DNA from: an uncultured Nitrososphaerales archaeon
GTDB lineage: Archaea > Thermoproteota > Nitrososphaeria > Nitrososphaerales > Nitrososphaeraceae
Assembly (NCBI GenBank): GCA_963695855.1
Contig: CAVOHZ010000003.1
Location: forward strand, 288,001-352,000
Length of the DNA stretch: 64,000 nucleotides
Reading direction: 5' to 3'
Shown here: positions 54,982 through 64,000 of the stretch, piece after piece
Position numbering within the stretch: position 1 is the first letter of the stretch
Layout of the letters: every line of letters begins with the position of its first letter
Translations under genes and position numbers: made by a program
Notes under the pieces: generated by a model
Databases searched by the model: none
Told to the model about the DNA's origin: nothing
What the model saw: the letters and a program-made list of their open reading frames with translations, nothing else

Positions 54982-56028
54982 TTAAGCCAAGAATGCGAAA
55001 AACATCAAAATTGCAAGCCGTAACGACGAAATGCCAGTCATAAACGGATAAGCGCCATATCCTCTATGCGTTAATGGATTCACCCATTCAAAAAGAAGAA
55101 TATCATAATTTGAATTAGTTTGAAAAAGTTTTCATATCATTTTTTCACATTCGTCTATTTGATTGAACCTCATTCTTGCCATCAGTTCGATACCAGTAAT
55201 CCAGGGCCAAAACGTGTGATTGTGATAATTGTAAGGTGTGTGAATACATGGACCCGTTTTTAACAAAGGTTTCTCCGTTATAGTGGGAAATCGATTCCAC
55301 ATCTTTCTTTTTACTGAGTTAAGCATTTTATTGCATTTTAACAAATTTTCATTACTGATTATATATAATTTATTAAATTCATTATCATCAGAGGTAACCA
55401 ATAAATTAGAATCCGTCAAAAAATTATCATTAATTAGTGCAAATAGATAAAGAAGGGAATCTTGAGTTACCATATTTTCAACATAATAAGATTCATTATC
55501 ACGAATTTTATCTACGTAACATTCTTCTTTATCAGACCACAGTTGTTTCTCAATTGATGCAACAGAATTCCGTGCCATTCTGTCTAATTTTTTGGCATCT
55601 TCAAACTTCTCTAAGGAATATAGGAGGAGGGCAAAATTTTTCAAAGATAATATCCAACATGCTTGACTATATACGACTTTTCCATCTCTTAAAGCAGTAT
55701 CCATCCAATCTTCATTTGGATTTTGTTGCAATATACCATCATTATCAACATCTTTCGTGACAAGATAGTCTATTGCCTTAAATATTTTAGGGATCAATTC
55801 GGGTGTTAATTTACAAAATTCTGTCTTTAGATAACTCTCTTGGTGCATAGGTTTTAGATAAAAACTATAATCACTTTTAATTGAATTGATATGTTTATAA
55901 ATGTGGCAAAGAATCCATGAAGTCGTATAAATCATTAGTGCAGTAGAATCTATATCAGGTTCAATTGCATATATTTCTGAAAATGAAGAGAATATAGTAG
56001 TAGGTAAGGTGGCAACTTTGTCATGCAT
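54982..56028 (-). pseudogene. Glycogen-debranching/amylo-1,6-glucosidase-like (alpha/alpha)6 glycosidase, N-truncated, with an in-frame TGA at 55132-55134
   Basis: PDIDSTALM, D.DNDGIL.Q..NEDWMD, YHN..FWPW. After the TGA the same frame continues KLFQ...FEWVNP..H.G.GAYPF.TG to a TAA at 54982. Confidence 0.75.
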
Positions 56029-56275
56029 TTAATTTTCTATCTTAAATTTTTATTGTGTTCAACATTCACATAACAGATTTATTTTAAATGTAGAGTATGA
56101 TACCGAATTTACATGAAATAAGGGATCATGCTATACCTCTCTATTCAAGATTTTCCTTTTTTTTATAATTATTCCATTAATAGTTACTAACGATCAGTAT
56201 GGCATTAATTATTTGTCCTTATTGAACCTTGTATAGACAGTTAATTAATTTGATGAGGATATTATAATTAGAGAG

Positions 56276-56404
56276 ATGAAAGAAGTAAAAACATATTATG
56301 AATGTAAAATGTGTCAGAATTTCTTCGATTGTCTTGCAGATTTGCAAAGACATATGTTGTTAAATCATCTTCTAAAAATAGACTCGAAGAAAAAACTATT
56401 TTAA
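56276..56404 (+). CDS. 42-aa classical C2H2 zinc-finger microprotein
   Basis: MKEVKTYYECKMCQNFFDCLADLQRHMLLNHLLKIDSKKKLF*, fitting Y-x-C-x2-C-x3-F-x5-L-x2-H-x4-H. Confidence 0.7.
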   Translation: MKEVKTYYECKMCQNFFDCLADLQRHMLLNHLLKIDSKKKLF

Positions 56405-56468
56405 TGAATTTTTTTATAAGTAAATTATTTGCTATAATTAATTTATACTTTAATATACATATATAATT

Positions 56469-56999
56469 ATGAAAAAAATTGCAAGTTTAGGCACATCTTT
56501 CCTAATCTTAATGTTAGGGATTGTAACTGTTGGAATAAATACAGTTATAGCTCAGGCACAAAACGGAACCAATGCAGATTCTAGTCCGTACATCATAGGC
56601 GAACCAGGAATAGGCAGCGTAGAGGAGTTGAATAAGGTGTTGGGAAATAACACTGAAATGTTGACAAACGGAAGCAGTCTTAAAAGTGACAATACATCTA
56701 TTTTCCAGCAATTAGGTCAAGAATCAGCTGTAAGTGGCAATCAGTCAGCTGTAAGTGGCAATCAGTCAGCTGTAAGTGGCAATCAGTCAGCTGTAAGTGG
56801 CAATCAGTCAGCTGTAAGTGGCAATCAGTCAGCTGTAAGTGGCAATCAGTCAGCTGTAAGTGGCAATCAGTCAGCTGTAAGTGGCAATCAGTCAGCTGTA
56901 AGTGGCAATCAGTCAAGCAATGAAGAAGAAAACAAGGGAAATCAAACTAGTAATCCAATAGCAAAAATAGGGAAAGCAATAGGTGACCTATTTAAATAA
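56469..56999 (+). CDS. Secreted protein with (SAVSGNQ)9 repeat
   Basis: Signal peptide; GSVEEL motif; repeat; amphipathic C-terminus NPIAKIGKAIGDLFK. Confidence 0.85.
   Translation: MKKIASLGTSFLILMLGIVTVGINTVIAQAQNGTNADSSPYIIGEPGIGSVEELNKVLGNNTEMLTNGSSLKSDNTSIFQQLGQESAVSGNQSAVSGNQSAVSGNQSAVSGNQSAVSGNQSAVSGNQSAVSGNQSAVSGNQSAVSGNQSSNEEENKGNQTSNPIAKIGKAIGDLFK
56724..56912 (+). repeat. 21-bp tandem repeat x9 (tcagctgtaagtggcaatcag)
   Basis: Perfect copies. Confidence 0.95.
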
Positions 57000-57718
57000 T
57001 TTATTTATTTTTATTAGTTGTAATTGCGTTACTTGGTGATATAGATTATAATTCAGTTAGAAACAGCGCAGATACGTTTAAGTCTGCTAGAGAGTATATA
57101 AAATATAGAATTGCTAACTATTATAGTTCGAATATGATGTAATTTAATTGACAGAAAAGAATGCAATTCAAACATGTAACTGATATCTATGTTGGATATA
57201 ATATCTCCAATAGTCCATGTTACAAGGTTAGTAACACGTATCTGAAGTATAGAGCTCTCGCTCAACATTATTAATGAAAAAAGACACAAGATGTAAGAGG
57301 GAAATGTAAGAAATTAGGACAGGATGTTCTGAAGTTGTTAACAATTAAAAGACCTAATTTCATTGAAAAAATTGAAAAATAGCCAAATGGTACAGATATC
57401 TATTCTAATTTAGGTTACTTTTAGAATTCTACTTAAAATAACTAATTTATAAACTTTGAAGATGACTAACTGTTGAAGAGAAATATCAAGTTATTGATCT
57501 AAAATAAAAAGAATTGTATATTTATTAACTGTAATTATGGCTCTATTAAAGATAATAGTTGTTATGACATAACATTCTGTCAGTCATGAATTAATCACCT
57601 TGTTTGCTGAAAGAGAGTGGAAGACTAATCAAAAATTAATTTGAAAATACCTTTGCTAAAAATATATATTAAAAATATTCAAAGTTACAAAAAATTGATG
57701 TTTTTTAAAAAAAAGAAA

Positions 57719-57865
57719 TTATTGAACTCCGCCTGGTCCTTGTTCTTTTTTGTGTTCTAATTTGATATGCTGTTCCTTCTCTTGGGGAGTTATAAATACC
57801 ATGTTACAGGAATCGCATTTCAATGGATTGTTATTAGAGTTTTGTTGTGGACTATAGTCGCCCAT
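57719..57865 (-). CDS. 48-aa C2H2 zinc-finger microprotein
   Basis: MGDYSPQQNSNNNPLKCDSCNMVFITPQEKEQHIKLEHKKEQGPGGVQ*. Confidence 0.75.
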   Translation of the reverse strand: MGDYSPQQNSNNNPLKCDSCNMVFITPQEKEQHIKLEHKKEQGPGGVQ

Positions 57866-57983
57866 ATAATATATTAGCACGATATCGAATAAATTAATTA
57901 TAGTATCTAACCCAGGTGGACATTCTCCAAATTATCTAGAATTAAATACAATTACTAAATATCATTTTATCCCTATAATAATA

Positions 57984-58697
57984 TTGAAAGGAATTATTTT
58001 TGATCTTGATGGAGTTCTAGTAGATTCAATGCCATTTCATTATCGAGCCTGGAAAAAAGCATTTGAAGAAATAGCGTCTATTGATGTTGATGAAAAACTG
58101 ATTTATTCTTTAGAAGGTATGCCTGGAAAGCAATTGATTAAAAAAGTATTTCAATTAAAAGAATTTACGGATAATTCAAAGATTGAACAAATTAATAACA
58201 AGAAAAAAGAATTATTTCTGAGGGATTTAAATTTTAAATGCTTTCGTTCAGTTAAAACAATGATCAATAATCTTCATTGTACGAAGGGTTTGGTCACTGG
58301 TTCTACAAAAAAGGAAACAGATTTGATACTAAAAAGAATTTTAACGAATTGTAAATTTGAACAAATAATAACAGGAGATAATGTTAAGAAAGGTAAACCC
58401 GACCCACAAGCATTTAATCTCTTCTTGAGCAAAACTGGCTTAAGACCAGAAGAAGTTATGGTTGTAGAAAATTCTCCGCTAGGAGTACAAGCTGCAAGGA
58501 ATTCAAAAATGAGATGTGTTTTAACATTAAATAATAGTCCGCTAGATTCATCTGAATTCAAAAATTTAATTAATCAAGAAAATATTTTTAAAAACACACA
58601 CTCCGTTTATAATTATTTAAGAAGTTGGTGTAATAATGAAAATAGTAAACAAATATCTCATATTAAAGCTAAATCTAGCCCACTCTTTGGCCAATAA
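57984..58697 (+). CDS. HAD-IA family phosphatase (beta-PGM-like)
   Basis: IIFDLDGVLVDS..H..AW; GKPDP; VVENSPLGVQAA. Confidence 0.92.
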   Translation: MKGIIFDLDGVLVDSMPFHYRAWKKAFEEIASIDVDEKLIYSLEGMPGKQLIKKVFQLKEFTDNSKIEQINNKKKELFLRDLNFKCFRSVKTMINNLHCTKGLVTGSTKKETDLILKRILTNCKFEQIITGDNVKKGKPDPQAFNLFLSKTGLRPEEVMVVENSPLGVQAARNSKMRCVLTLNNSPLDSSEFKNLINQENIFKNTHSVYNYLRSWCNNENSKQISHIKAKSSPLFGQ

Positions 58698-59082
58698 ATA
58701 ACAATATTATATAGACAATATAACCCTAAATTTGGACAAAATTATGAAATTAAGTTCAGAATTCAGGAATTATATTATTTAGAAAGTATTGTATTTAGTT
58801 TTTTGTAAACTAAAAAAGTTATATTCCATTTGTAATCTTATATGAAACTATTATTATCCCTAGGAAAGGTTTTAGTGAAATTATACTCATAATTCAAACC
58901 CTAATCCATCAAATTTGTTGTATTAAATCAGATAGGATAAATTCAATATTCAAAAAATAAAGAAATTTAGAATTAATAATATGATCATGTTATCTATTGA
59001 TAGGCTCAAAATTTCTTTTGGTTACCTGGTTCTTATTAGAAATCTATTTGCAAAAATACTAAAATGAACTTATTTTATACCA

Positions 59083-59472
59083 TTATTCCTTGTAATTAAG
59101 TATGGCACTGCCACGGATTTGATAAACTAATGCGCCTACCAAAACTGAAATACTTACAATAGTAACTACGAAAAAGACATTGGCTACTTGAACCACCTGT
59201 TCTCCAACAACTGCCACAAGTATGGCATAAACCACTACGATAAATCCAATTAAAGAGAATAACCCTAAGATTATAAGTCTCAAATTGCTTGTCCCTTTTA
59301 AATACCCTTTATCAAATTCATCACTTTCCAATTTTTCCTGTAAACTATTTACCTTTTTAAAAAACCCTCCTTCCTTTGATTCCGATTTTTTTTGATTATT
59401 TTCTGCTATTGTTTCTTTCTTATTTTGTTCACTTATGGAAGGAATATTTGCAGAAATGGATTCTTTTTCCAT
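59083..59472 (-). CDS. Two-TM membrane protein
   Basis: Charged N-terminus followed by two hydrophobic helices. Confidence 0.7.
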   Translation of the reverse strand: MEKESISANIPSISEQNKKETIAENNQKKSESKEGGFFKKVNSLQEKLESDEFDKGYLKGTSNLRLIILGLFSLIGFIVVVYAILVAVVGEQVVQVANVFFVVTIVSISVLVGALVYQIRGSAILNYKE

Positions 59473-59742
59473 AAGAAAAATAGTACAACATTCTATATAT
59501 ATAGAATTACCGATTAATGTGAAGTACTTGAAACCATCTTTATGTGAATTACTTTATGGCAGATGAAATAATCGTATTTGAAAATTTAACTCTTGGTTAT
59601 ATGTTAGAATAATTGAAAGTCATAATTAGGCAGATATAAATTTAGTAATATCAGTATATTGCCTTACGATTTTACTGCTATGCTAAATTTGCATGTTAAT
59701 GTGGTAAAGGTTAACATGCATCAGAGGATAAACCCAAACTGA

Positions 59743-59910
59743 TTAGGTATCTTTACTAATAAGATGATCTACCTCGAATTCTTCTATATTTTTCTCCGAT
59801 TTATTGTAATCTTTGACGGAATTAACATAATCTAGTGCTTTTTTTTCTGTTGAAAAAATTCCGTCAATAGTTATCCTATCAGATTCGTTCCATATTACCC
59901 ATACCTTCAT
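59743..59910 (-). CDS. 55-aa hypothetical protein
   Basis: MKVWVIWNESDRITIDGIFSTEKKALDYVNSVKDYNKSEKNIEEFEVDHLISKDT*; intact; below the ORF-track cutoff. Confidence 0.65.
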   Translation of the reverse strand: MKVWVIWNESDRITIDGIFSTEKKALDYVNSVKDYNKSEKNIEEFEVDHLISKDT

Positions 59911-60065
59911 AAAATATAATAAACATAATCGAATTTAAGCATATTTTTGTTTCATACTAAAGAAATATTATTACTATCATATGATATCAATGGTTTTGTA
60001 GAATATATCGGAGAATAATCACTTTATTTATAATTCTGTGAACATTATATTTTTAGGACTAAAGA

Positions 60066-60344
60066 CTAGTTCTCTGCTCTCCAGTGCACGACTTTGGATA
60101 TTATATGTTCTGCAAACAGTCTTTTTATAATACATAGAATATCCTTGTTAAAAAATTCGGCAAGATACTTGTTTCTCTCACTATTCTTTCCACTTCCGCT
60201 ACCATGAACAAAGATAACCAGATAATTGGAATGAGGAGGAATCGAGAAAACTCCTTTCAACATTTTATCTTTATTTTCATATGTATCATTAACAGAAATT
60301 GGAATTTTTACTTCATCTTCAATTACTTCACTAACTTCGTCCAA
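60066..60344 (-). pseudogene. Truncated alpha/beta hydrolase (dienelactone-hydrolase-like) N-terminus
   Basis: L.G.F.IP....LVIFVHGSGS...S.RN.YLA; similarity is lost after FFNK. Confidence 0.65.
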
Positions 60345-60810
60345 TTCACTATATGATGTTATCTTAGATAATCCTAAAAAACGTTTTGAAACAACTTAAA
60401 AGCCAGATCATGATATTAGAACAACAGAAAAACTATTGCAACCAACCAACAATTAATAGAAACACAAAATTCTACAACGTATAGCAAATATGGATATTAA
60501 TTGAATTTTAAGAATTATTCAAAACATATTTTTTAAAACTTGATAAATATTATAGATCTATTGCACAATTACACTAGATCTAATTCTCAAAGCGCAAACA
60601 GAACAATAGTTAAAAAACTTTCAACTATAAATTATCAATGTGTATCTTTCATATTTGTCATCTGAATATTGAATTATCAATTAATTTATTATAAACTAAT
60701 ATATTACCATTTTAATGTTAAAATCAATCCCTTTGGATTATATTCACCATAGGTGTATTCGCTTCAAGAATTGGTTGGTTAATAATTTTAAATTAAATTT
60801 TATCTATCAT

Positions 60811-61070
60811 AATAACTGGTCCCACTTTATCGAAGGGTTCAAATCCCACTGGCCCCATTGAACTCTGGGTTCCAATCCTATCTTTACTAGAATTCATGAA
60901 GCAATAATAATAGAAATTAGTAATTAACCTTTACTTTTTGTAATCATTTAATTACAAATCAATTAATCTTACCTAGATTTTTTTAAATTAATAGATACAT
61001 TTATGATATTTGTAAAAGTCTGAAAGGTTCTGTGGGATTTGAACCCTTCGATAAAGTGGGACCAGTTATT
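60811..61070. repeat. 39-bp perfect inverted repeat (60811-60849 / 61032-61070) containing tRNA T-arm-like sequence
   Basis: aataactggtcccactttatcgaagggttcaaatcccac and its exact reverse complement, with 182 nt between them. Confidence 0.9.
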
Positions 61071-61071
61071 G

Positions 61072-61542
61072 TTAGATAGAAATTATCATCATAAATAATG
61101 TTACTAATGTCAGACCATAAATAAAATGACCTGATAAACTCAATATAGCTGCACCTTTCCCAAGAGGATGATTCAATGGATCTATTTTGGTAATTGGTTT
61201 ATGAATTGGAAATAGAGTAAGGATCCAAAGGAAAAAACCATATGATAATCCCAATGGCAATAAATGAATATCTTTTAAAGATGGAATAACCATCAAAGCA
61301 ATTAGTAGCCCAATTCCTCCTAGACTTCCATTTATAAAATGTAATAAAAATATTCCCCAAAAATGAATATTATCAGATTTAACTCTAAAAAACTTGCATG
61401 TTAGAACTTGGTTCTCGTGCCATTCTACTATGCCAGTTAATCCCCATCTTTTCCAAAATGGAATTTGTATAATTGTCATAACTCCAGTTGAAATAAGACC
61501 AGCAAAGAGGCTCACCAAAATTCCGTATAGATCAATTTCCAA
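61072..61542 (-). CDS. Four-TM membrane protein with intramembrane His residues
   Basis: AGLISTGVMT, LLHFING, GHFIYG. Confidence 0.75.
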   Translation of the reverse strand: MEIDLYGILVSLFAGLISTGVMTIIQIPFWKRWGLTGIVEWHENQVLTCKFFRVKSDNIHFWGIFLLHFINGSLGGIGLLIALMVIPSLKDIHLLPLGLSYGFFLWILTLFPIHKPITKIDPLNHPLGKGAAILSLSGHFIYGLTLVTLFMMIISI

Positions 61543-61796
61543 ATTTACCTTTCACGACTAGGATAATTTCTAATTAAACATTAGTGATTTGGGACATGTA
61601 TATTCCAACAGTTTTAGATTCAAAATTTCATTATTAAAAATTTTTCTGAAAAGGTTGAATCCAACACCTCTGTTCAATAGATTAATCAAGCAAACTCACG
61701 CCTGGGTTGCAAAATATACAGTACTAGATAAACGATTTTATTCTCGGACAGTAGCATCGAGCTCATAGTTATAATCTATTATTAGATATTAATTTA

Positions 61797-63392
61797 TTAG
61801 ATATAATACAATTCCCTTGTCAATATAATCTCTTTTTTGTGTTCCACAATTGGTTTGGGATAGCCTCCTACTGATTTAGTAGATTTGTCAATTGCGGAAT
61901 TAACTTTATCCCAATGATGTATTATAGTTTTAGAAACCTCTTTAAGTTCAGGAATCCATTTTTTTATATAAATACAATCGGGATCAAACTTTTTCTGTTG
62001 TAACCAGGGATTAAAAATTCTGAAATAAGGTTGAGCATCACAGCCAGTAGATGATACCCATTGCCAATTACCATTATTAATTGAGGGGTCATAATCAACA
62101 AGTTTTAACGCAAAATATCTTTCTCCATATCTCCAATCAATATGTAAATCCTTTACCAAAAAAGACGCAGCTATTAATCTCAGTCTATTATGCATAAAAC
62201 CTGTTTCATTTAGTTCTCTCATTCCTGCATCAACAATTGGAAAACCTGTTTTTCCGTTGTACCATGCCTCAAATTTCGTTGGGTCATTTTTCCATTCTAT
62301 GATGTTATTTCTATATCTTTCGTGAAAAGAAGTATGAAAGACAAAAGGAAAATGAAATCCTATATATGAAAAAAAATCTCTCCAATATAATTGCTTTAGC
62401 AAAGGATGATTATAACCTAATTCCTTCTGTATTGCAAAATATACTTCCCTAATGGAACATATCCCAAACTTAAGGTAAGCAGAAAAATGAGTTGATAGAT
62501 TGTCTAATGAATATTTTTCGTTTTCTCCCTTATCTTTTTTAAATTTATACATTAATTCAGATATTAAATCTTGATATCTTTTTCTTGTTCCCACCAGAGT
62601 TGATATTGTTAAGTCAGGATTATTTTTAGGAGCTTCTTCAGATATAATTTGCGAAAAAAATTTCTCAAGATTGTCAATTTGTTTTAAATCATTAAAACTT
62701 GTTAGTTTTTTGCTATTGAAACTCATGAATTTATTCTTGTATTTAACTATATCAAAGGAATTTTCCCTTCTTATTGGTCTCTCAATTGCTTTGTTATAAT
62801 ATTGAGAAAATACTTTAAATGGTCTATTATTTGAATTTAGTATTTCTTCTGGTTGATTAATCAGAATATCTGGACATTCAATAAATTCAATATCATGGGT
62901 TTTGCAAATTTCCTTGATCAATATATCTCTTCTTATGCTATATGGAGTATAGTCTCTATTAACAAAAATAGCTTCAACTTCCTTATCTCCTTGTATTATC
63001 GTCTTTATTACTGACCCTGGATCTCCAGCTAGAACAATTAGTTTAGAAGATATACTAATATTGTTTTTTCTTCTCTTTAATTGATTCTTTTCCATAGAAA
63101 ACTGATAAAATTGGTTTTGAAGATCTAACAATGATTCTTTTAGGAATCTTTGTAAATGAATTCTCCTCTGTTTTCGTTTTAAAAGCAGATTAGGAGCTAT
63201 TGGTAAAGAAAACGAAGAATACAATAATTTTGATGATGTTAATAAATTACTATCTAAAATGAAGAGGCAATAAACTAAACTTGAAAAATGTACTGCATCG
63301 AGCAATGCTGTATTATTTTCTAATCGTAAATCTCTTCTAAAAATAAAAATACTTTTCTTATATTTTTGTCTCATTCTGCTTTCTTGATTCAT
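61797..63392 (-). CDS. phrB: Deoxyribodipyrimidine photolyase (CPD photolyase)
   Basis: FRRDLRLENN.AL, SAYLKFG..S.R, WRDFF, TGFPIVDAGMREL..TGFMHNRLR, DYD...NNGNWQW, YFRIFNP. Confidence 0.95.
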   Translation of the reverse strand: MNQESRMRQKYKKSIFIFRRDLRLENNTALLDAVHFSSLVYCLFILDSNLLTSSKLLYSSFSLPIAPNLLLKRKQRRIHLQRFLKESLLDLQNQFYQFSMEKNQLKRRKNNISISSKLIVLAGDPGSVIKTIIQGDKEVEAIFVNRDYTPYSIRRDILIKEICKTHDIEFIECPDILINQPEEILNSNNRPFKVFSQYYNKAIERPIRRENSFDIVKYKNKFMSFNSKKLTSFNDLKQIDNLEKFFSQIISEEAPKNNPDLTISTLVGTRKRYQDLISELMYKFKKDKGENEKYSLDNLSTHFSAYLKFGICSIREVYFAIQKELGYNHPLLKQLYWRDFFSYIGFHFPFVFHTSFHERYRNNIIEWKNDPTKFEAWYNGKTGFPIVDAGMRELNETGFMHNRLRLIAASFLVKDLHIDWRYGERYFALKLVDYDPSINNGNWQWVSSTGCDAQPYFRIFNPWLQQKKFDPDCIYIKKWIPELKEVSKTIIHHWDKVNSAIDKSTKSVGGYPKPIVEHKKEIILTRELYYI

Positions 63393-63658
63393 ATCAAAAA
63401 TTATATTTTATTTATAGTAATAATAAATTCATGAAATAATTTGTTCTAGTGCCCAACCTTTCATCTTTGAATTTAATAGATACAGCTACTATTTTCCACA
63501 TACATAACCAGTCATACAAAATAGGAAAAAATTAGTATCTAAATTTCAAAAACAAGAAACATCATATTTAAAATGAGTCAAAAAAATATGAGTAATAGTG
63601 CCTAATTTAGCAATTAGGTCAATAATTGAAATAAGTTATATTCTATGTTTTATTTATA

Positions 63659-64000
63659 GTGAATAAAAATAGCTAACGAAAATTCTTCAAATATATTTGT
63701 AAAACGTTCTTTAATACCATATAACGTAAATACTGTTTTTGATTTTCATACGCGAAACGGTGCCTTAGAAAGACTTGTCCCTCCTTGGAGTGGATTGGAT
63801 ATAGTTGACCAAAAAGGAGGGATTAATAATGATGCTATTTCTATTTTTCGGCTTAATTTAGGTCCAATAACTTTCAAATGGGGTTGCTAAACATTTTGGT
63901 TACATTCACAATAGGCAATTTCAAGATAAAATGATAAAAGGTCCATTCAAAAAATGGATTCATACTCATTCTTTTATACCTCAACGGTCCAATCAATGTA
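63659..64000 (+). pseudogene. SRPBCC-domain N-terminus (typically fused to a TIGR01777 epimerase), frameshifted, runs off the window
   Basis: VFDFHTRNGALERLVPPW...FKW / VAKH..Y....FQD.MIKGPF.KW.HTHSF; one extra base in the A5 tract (about 63665) and in the G4 tract (63880-63883). Confidence 0.7.

Noticed and set aside
56724-56912. Tandem repeats here and at 8342, 9107, 9347 and 25555 as possible CRISPR arrays
   Set aside because: The units are head-to-tail without unique spacers, have lengths divisible by 3, lie inside ORFs, and no cas genes are present
60780-60856. Complete tRNA gene
   Set aside because: Only T-arm and acceptor 3'-like sequence is present; the upstream DNA cannot form D or anticodon arms or the 5' acceptor strand

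Overview
This is an AT-rich archaeal chromosome segment, most consistent with a soil ammonia-oxidising archaeon of the Nitrososphaeraceae (Nitrosocosmicus-like). That placement is inferred from gene content: a TFB paralogue, a TRAM protein, an A/V-type ATPase, standalone receivers and many small secreted proteins. The core is an intact nine-gene A/V-type ATP synthase operon in the order K-E-C-F-A-B-D-H-I (28.8-37.5 kb). The left part holds two CDF transporters, RTX-repeat secreted proteins with tandem-repeat tails, and several IS relics. One relic is an IS110/IS1111-type element interrupted by an IS481; its downstream non-coding end folds into two bridge-RNA-like modules. A MinD/ParA ATPase and a KaiC-like ATPase/LIM-like Zn finger/atypical class III cyclase fusion are separated by a decayed IS3. 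The right part holds a regulatory cluster (TFB, receivers, RHH-type regulator), a stress-type cluster (ferritin-like, PRC-barrel, hydrophilic microproteins), nadE, phosphatases, a lipid kinase, several unannotated zinc-finger microproteins, a 39-bp inverted repeat built from tRNA-3'-end-like units, and a photolyase. I found no CRISPR array, rRNA or complete tRNA. All family calls come from motif recognition by eye, not from database searches.
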